7,079 nucleotides of DNA, from positions 1 through 7,079 of the forward strand of contig CAZEMD010000008.1 in assembly GCA_964513225.1 (NCBI GenBank), written 5' to 3'. The notes below the pieces were generated by a model, which was given only the letters and a program-made list of their open reading frames with translations, was not told where the DNA came from and made no database searches. Positions 5,405 to 7,079 of the stretch are shown in pieces; the stretch's first letter is position 1; every line of letters starts with the position of its first letter. Made by a program: the position numbers and the translations under genes. Source of the stretch: an uncultured Candidatus Bathyarchaeia archaeon (GTDB taxonomy: Archaea; Thermoproteota; Bathyarchaeia; TCS64).

Positions 5405-5732
5405 TAGAAAATATTGTGATGGGCTACGGCCGTCCAGGCGGCTTACAGCTTTTCCACGCCATAAAATCCTTGACGTGAAGGGCGCCGCATGGGACGTGCG
5501 TGAGACCCCGTTCTATATCATAGATACAGACCCAGAATACATATTCAAAAAACCGATTTTTAATAAATTTACGCCAATTTTTACCCACTTTTTAGCTCAA
5601 AACGAAGGTATAAATAATAGTTATGTTATATTTTTTACAAAACCGGTGCTCGGTATGTATGGAATGTTCCAGATCATTCCACAGTGTTCTTCATATAATG
5701 GGAATATATCCAAATATACCAGTGCAGCGGTA
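5405..5732. promoter_or_regulatory. Long AT-rich intergenic region with phased T-tracts, a GC-rich core and palindromes; includes the likely promoter of the downstream gene
   Basis: G+C is about 27% at 5521-5580 by hand count. TTTTTA tracts start at 5557, 5578, 5589 and 5631, giving spacings of 21, 11 and 42 nt. There is an A6 run at 5547-5552. GACGTG occurs at 5472-5477 and again at 5493-5498. Palindromes are ACGGCCGT at 5426-5433 and TCTAT-ATC-ATAGA at 5512-5524. AATATATC (5703-5710) is centred about 27 nt upstream of ATG 5733, which implies a leaderless mRNA. Confidence 0.4.
5660..5681. promoter_or_regulatory. Perfect 7-bp inverted repeat TGGAATG-N8-CATTCCA, a candidate transcription-factor site
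   Basis: Read directly from the sequence: tGGAATGttccagatCATTCCa. It lies 52-73 nt upstream of ATG 5733 and just upstream of the TATA-like elements at 5692-5710. Confidence 0.3.
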
Positions 5733-6707
5733 ATGAAGCCTAAGCTAATCGCCATGATAATGGTTCTGCTACTAGCGGCGGCCCAGTATGCCCCATTGGC
5801 ATACGCCGCAGAAGCCGACCATGGCGATTACACAGACGTAGTCTACGAAGAGATCAAAGCCGCAGCTGAAGCGAGGCGGGACGAACTTCTGTACCTCCTT
5901 GATTTGGAGCTCCCGCCGGAGATCCTGAAGAAACTGGAGGAAACGCTCTATACCATGGACGAGGCTGAGGAGACGGTGGACACTCGGGAGGCCACCGAAC
6001 TGTACATCTACGCCTTGAGACTGTTCAGGAACACTTGGCAGGAATATATTAACTACAACCCGGAGGGGACCGTTGAAAACCTTGAAGACATAGATGAAGA
6101 CGACAAACCCTCGCCCGAGGAATCTGAGCCACCGAAAGGCCTTGAGGAGGAAATCAAGGAAACTAAGGAGAAGCGTCTGATAGAGATCCAAGAAGAGATC
6201 CTTGGGAAGATCACCGTGTTGGGCGAACACGTAGAAGAGCTGAAGGGCTACCTGTCCGATGGAGACTCGAAGGTAGTGGAGACGGCTTTAGATAAAGAGT
6301 TAAAGAAACTTGAGAAAATCATGGACAAAGTCAGCGAAGGCGAATACGACGGCGCCATCGACGAGCTCATGGTGACGGAGTTCGAGATAGAAGACGATGT
6401 CGACGAGATGGATGACAAGGAAGCGGCTAAGACTCTGAAGATGGTAGAGAGCCTCCTGTTCCAGATCCAGAAGATGGAGGAGAAGCGGAAGAGAAAGGCC
6501 GAAGAGGGTGAGGACACCTCCGAAGAGGATGACACAATCGATGATGTGAACGAGGAACTCGATGAAGTAAAGAAGGAGTTCAAGGATAAAGCCGATAAGG
6601 CAAAGCAGAAAAACGACAGGGACAAGAAGGACAAGGAAGACAAGAAGGACAAGAAGGACAAGAAAGACAAGAAAGACAAGAAAGACAAGAAGGACAAAGA
6701 CAAGTAA
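5733..6707 (+). CDS. Secreted, highly charged (D/E/K-rich), probably helical or coiled-coil protein with a C-terminal (DKK)n tail, 324 aa; family unknown
   Basis: I trimmed the track ORF 5328-6707 to ATG 5733, which begins a canonical signal peptide, MKPKLIAMIMVLLLAAAQYAPLAYA/AEADHG. The upstream 135 codons lie in AT-rich DNA and give F/I/N/K/Y-rich low-complexity sequence. By hand count, about 154 of 299 mature residues are D/E/K/R. The protein has no TM anchor and no N-X-S/T sequon. It ends DKKDKEDKKDKKDKKDKKDKKDKKDKDK. Confidence 0.75.
   Translation: MKPKLIAMIMVLLLAAAQYAPLAYAAEADHGDYTDVVYEEIKAAAEARRDELLYLLDLELPPEILKKLEETLYTMDEAEETVDTREATELYIYALRLFRNTWQEYINYNPEGTVENLEDIDEDDKPSPEESEPPKGLEEEIKETKEKRLIEIQEEILGKITVLGEHVEELKGYLSDGDSKVVETALDKELKKLEKIMDKVSEGEYDGAIDELMVTEFEIEDDVDEMDDKEAAKTLKMVESLLFQIQKMEEKRKRKAEEGEDTSEEDDTIDDVNEELDEVKKEFKDKADKAKQKNDRDKKDKEDKKDKKDKKDKKDKKDKKDKDK
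6621..6704 (+). repeat. In-frame 9-nt tandem repeat (GACAAGAAR), 8 units plus a partial unit, encoding (DKK)n
   Basis: Units read directly: gacaagaag, gacaaggaa, gacaagaag, gacaagaag, gacaagaaa, gacaagaaa, gacaagaaa, gacaagaag, then gacaaagacaag followed by TAA. Confidence 0.95.
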
Positions 6708-6924
6708 TATAATAACTTTTAACTAAACTAATAAACCATCCATGCATAAAAGATGTTTCATGCAGGAAAGTAGTTACATCTATTTAGATTCTCGAAAGGA
6801 TAGCTACAGAATTATAGAATCAGCTAACGAAATTTCATAATCGCATAGAGTTGTTTTCGTTTACACCAGACCAAAAAACGTATCAATGGACGCCGGTGAT
6901 CTTGAGTAACCGGAAAGTGAAGCA

Positions 6925-7079
6925 ATGCCCACCGTAAAAGCGGATCAGCTCAGGGACTTCGGGTCCCGGATATTCAAAGGCCTCGGAGTGCCGAACGAGG
7001 ACGCCGAGCTAGTGTCAGACCTGCTGGTCGAGGCCAACCTCACGGGCTTCGACAGCCACGGCGTCATCAGGATACCCAT
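6925..7079 (+). CDS. Ldh_2 family dehydrogenase (malate / L-lactate / L-sulfolactate dehydrogenase type), N-terminal 51 codons; the 3' end lies outside the window
   Basis: The ORF is not in the track because it runs off the window. My translation is MPTVKADQLRDFGSRIFKGLGVPNEDAELVSDLLVEANLTGFDSHGVIRIP. The pattern G-V-P-x-E-D-A-x-x-V-x-D-x-L-V-x-A-[ND]-L-x-G-x-D-S-H-G-V-x-R-[IL]-P is the characteristic Ldh_2 N-terminus. GC content returns to the flank level here. GGAAAGTGA lies 4 nt upstream of the ATG as a weak SD. Confidence 0.75.
   Translation, partial: MPTVKADQLRDFGSRIFKGLGVPNEDAELVSDLLVEANLTGFDSHGVIRIP

Noticed and set aside
5411-5512. C/D box sRNA in the GC-rich core (GTGATGG resembles a C box)
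   Set aside because: I could not find a matching D box (CTGA) or C'/D' boxes at the expected spacing on either strand.
5328-5732. N-terminal 135 codons of the 459-aa track ORF
   Set aside because: The stretch runs through the Zn-ribbon gene in antisense and through the AT-rich spacer. It gives F/I/N/K/Y-rich low-complexity sequence with no coding bias. A canonical signal peptide starts at ATG 5733, with a TATA-like box about 27 nt upstream.
5405-5732. Replication origin (AT-rich DUE plus ORB-like TTCCA motifs)
   Set aside because: There is only a single TTCCA-containing dyad and no multiple ORB or mini-ORB copies that I can find. No orc1/cdc6 gene lies in the window. AT-richness alone is not sufficient.
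6248-6703. 151-aa minus-strand ORF beginning MSLSFLSFLSFLSFL...
   Set aside because: It is an antisense reading of the D/E/K-rich gene and its 9-nt repeat. The S/F/L low complexity is an artefact of the complement of GAA/AAG-rich codons.
6621-6704. Possible CRISPR or other spacer-repeat array
   Set aside because: The units are 9 nt, contiguous with no spacers, and in frame within a CDS. This is a coding microsatellite-like repeat, not a CRISPR array.
6742-6840. 32-aa ORF (MHKRCFMQESSYIYLDSRKDSYRIIESANEIS) in the second AT-rich spacer
   Set aside because: It is very short, sits in about 32% G+C DNA where such ORFs arise by chance, and has no SD or TATA geometry or motif that I can support. 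It is worth checking only if Ribo-seq data exist.

Overview
This is a GC-rich window, roughly 60-65% G+C in the flanks by hand counts of several lines, and it looks archaeal. The supporting signs are TTTAAATA-type TATA boxes about 27 nt upstream of start codons (implying leaderless mRNAs), frequent AGG and ATA codons, exported proteins rich in N-glycosylation sequons with C-terminal TM anchors, and a Zn-ribbon mini-protein. I cannot assign a species.

Gene order:
- (1) 3' part of a LivF-type branched-chain amino-acid ABC ATPase.
- (2) A 154-aa multi-TM hypothetical protein.
- (3) and (4) A divergently transcribed pair of exported, sequon-rich, C-terminally anchored proteins built from a similar degenerate 18-22-aa repeat that looks like a beta-solenoid.
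- (5) A family C69 (Ntn, Cys-nucleophile) peptidase. Its ATG overlaps the stop of gene 4 (ATGA), and it also has a signal peptide and a C-terminal TM anchor.
- (6) A convergent 46-aa Zn-ribbon mini-protein.
- (7) A roughly 390-bp AT-rich intergenic region with phased T-tracts and palindromes.
- (8) A lower-GC gene for a secreted protein that is about 50% charged, looks helical, and ends in a (DKK)n tail encoded by a 9-nt tandem repeat.
- (9) A second AT-rich spacer.
- (10) The 5' end of an Ldh_2-family dehydrogenase.

No rRNA, tRNA, CRISPR array, transposase or integrase is visible. The best candidates for something undescribed are the surface-protein plus anchored C69 peptidase module (989-5110) and the low-GC islet carrying the (DKK)n secreted protein (about 5390-6920). 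Both are hypotheses read from sequence only. Many long ORFs in the supplied track are off-frame or antisense shadows typical of GC-rich DNA, and I rejected them.
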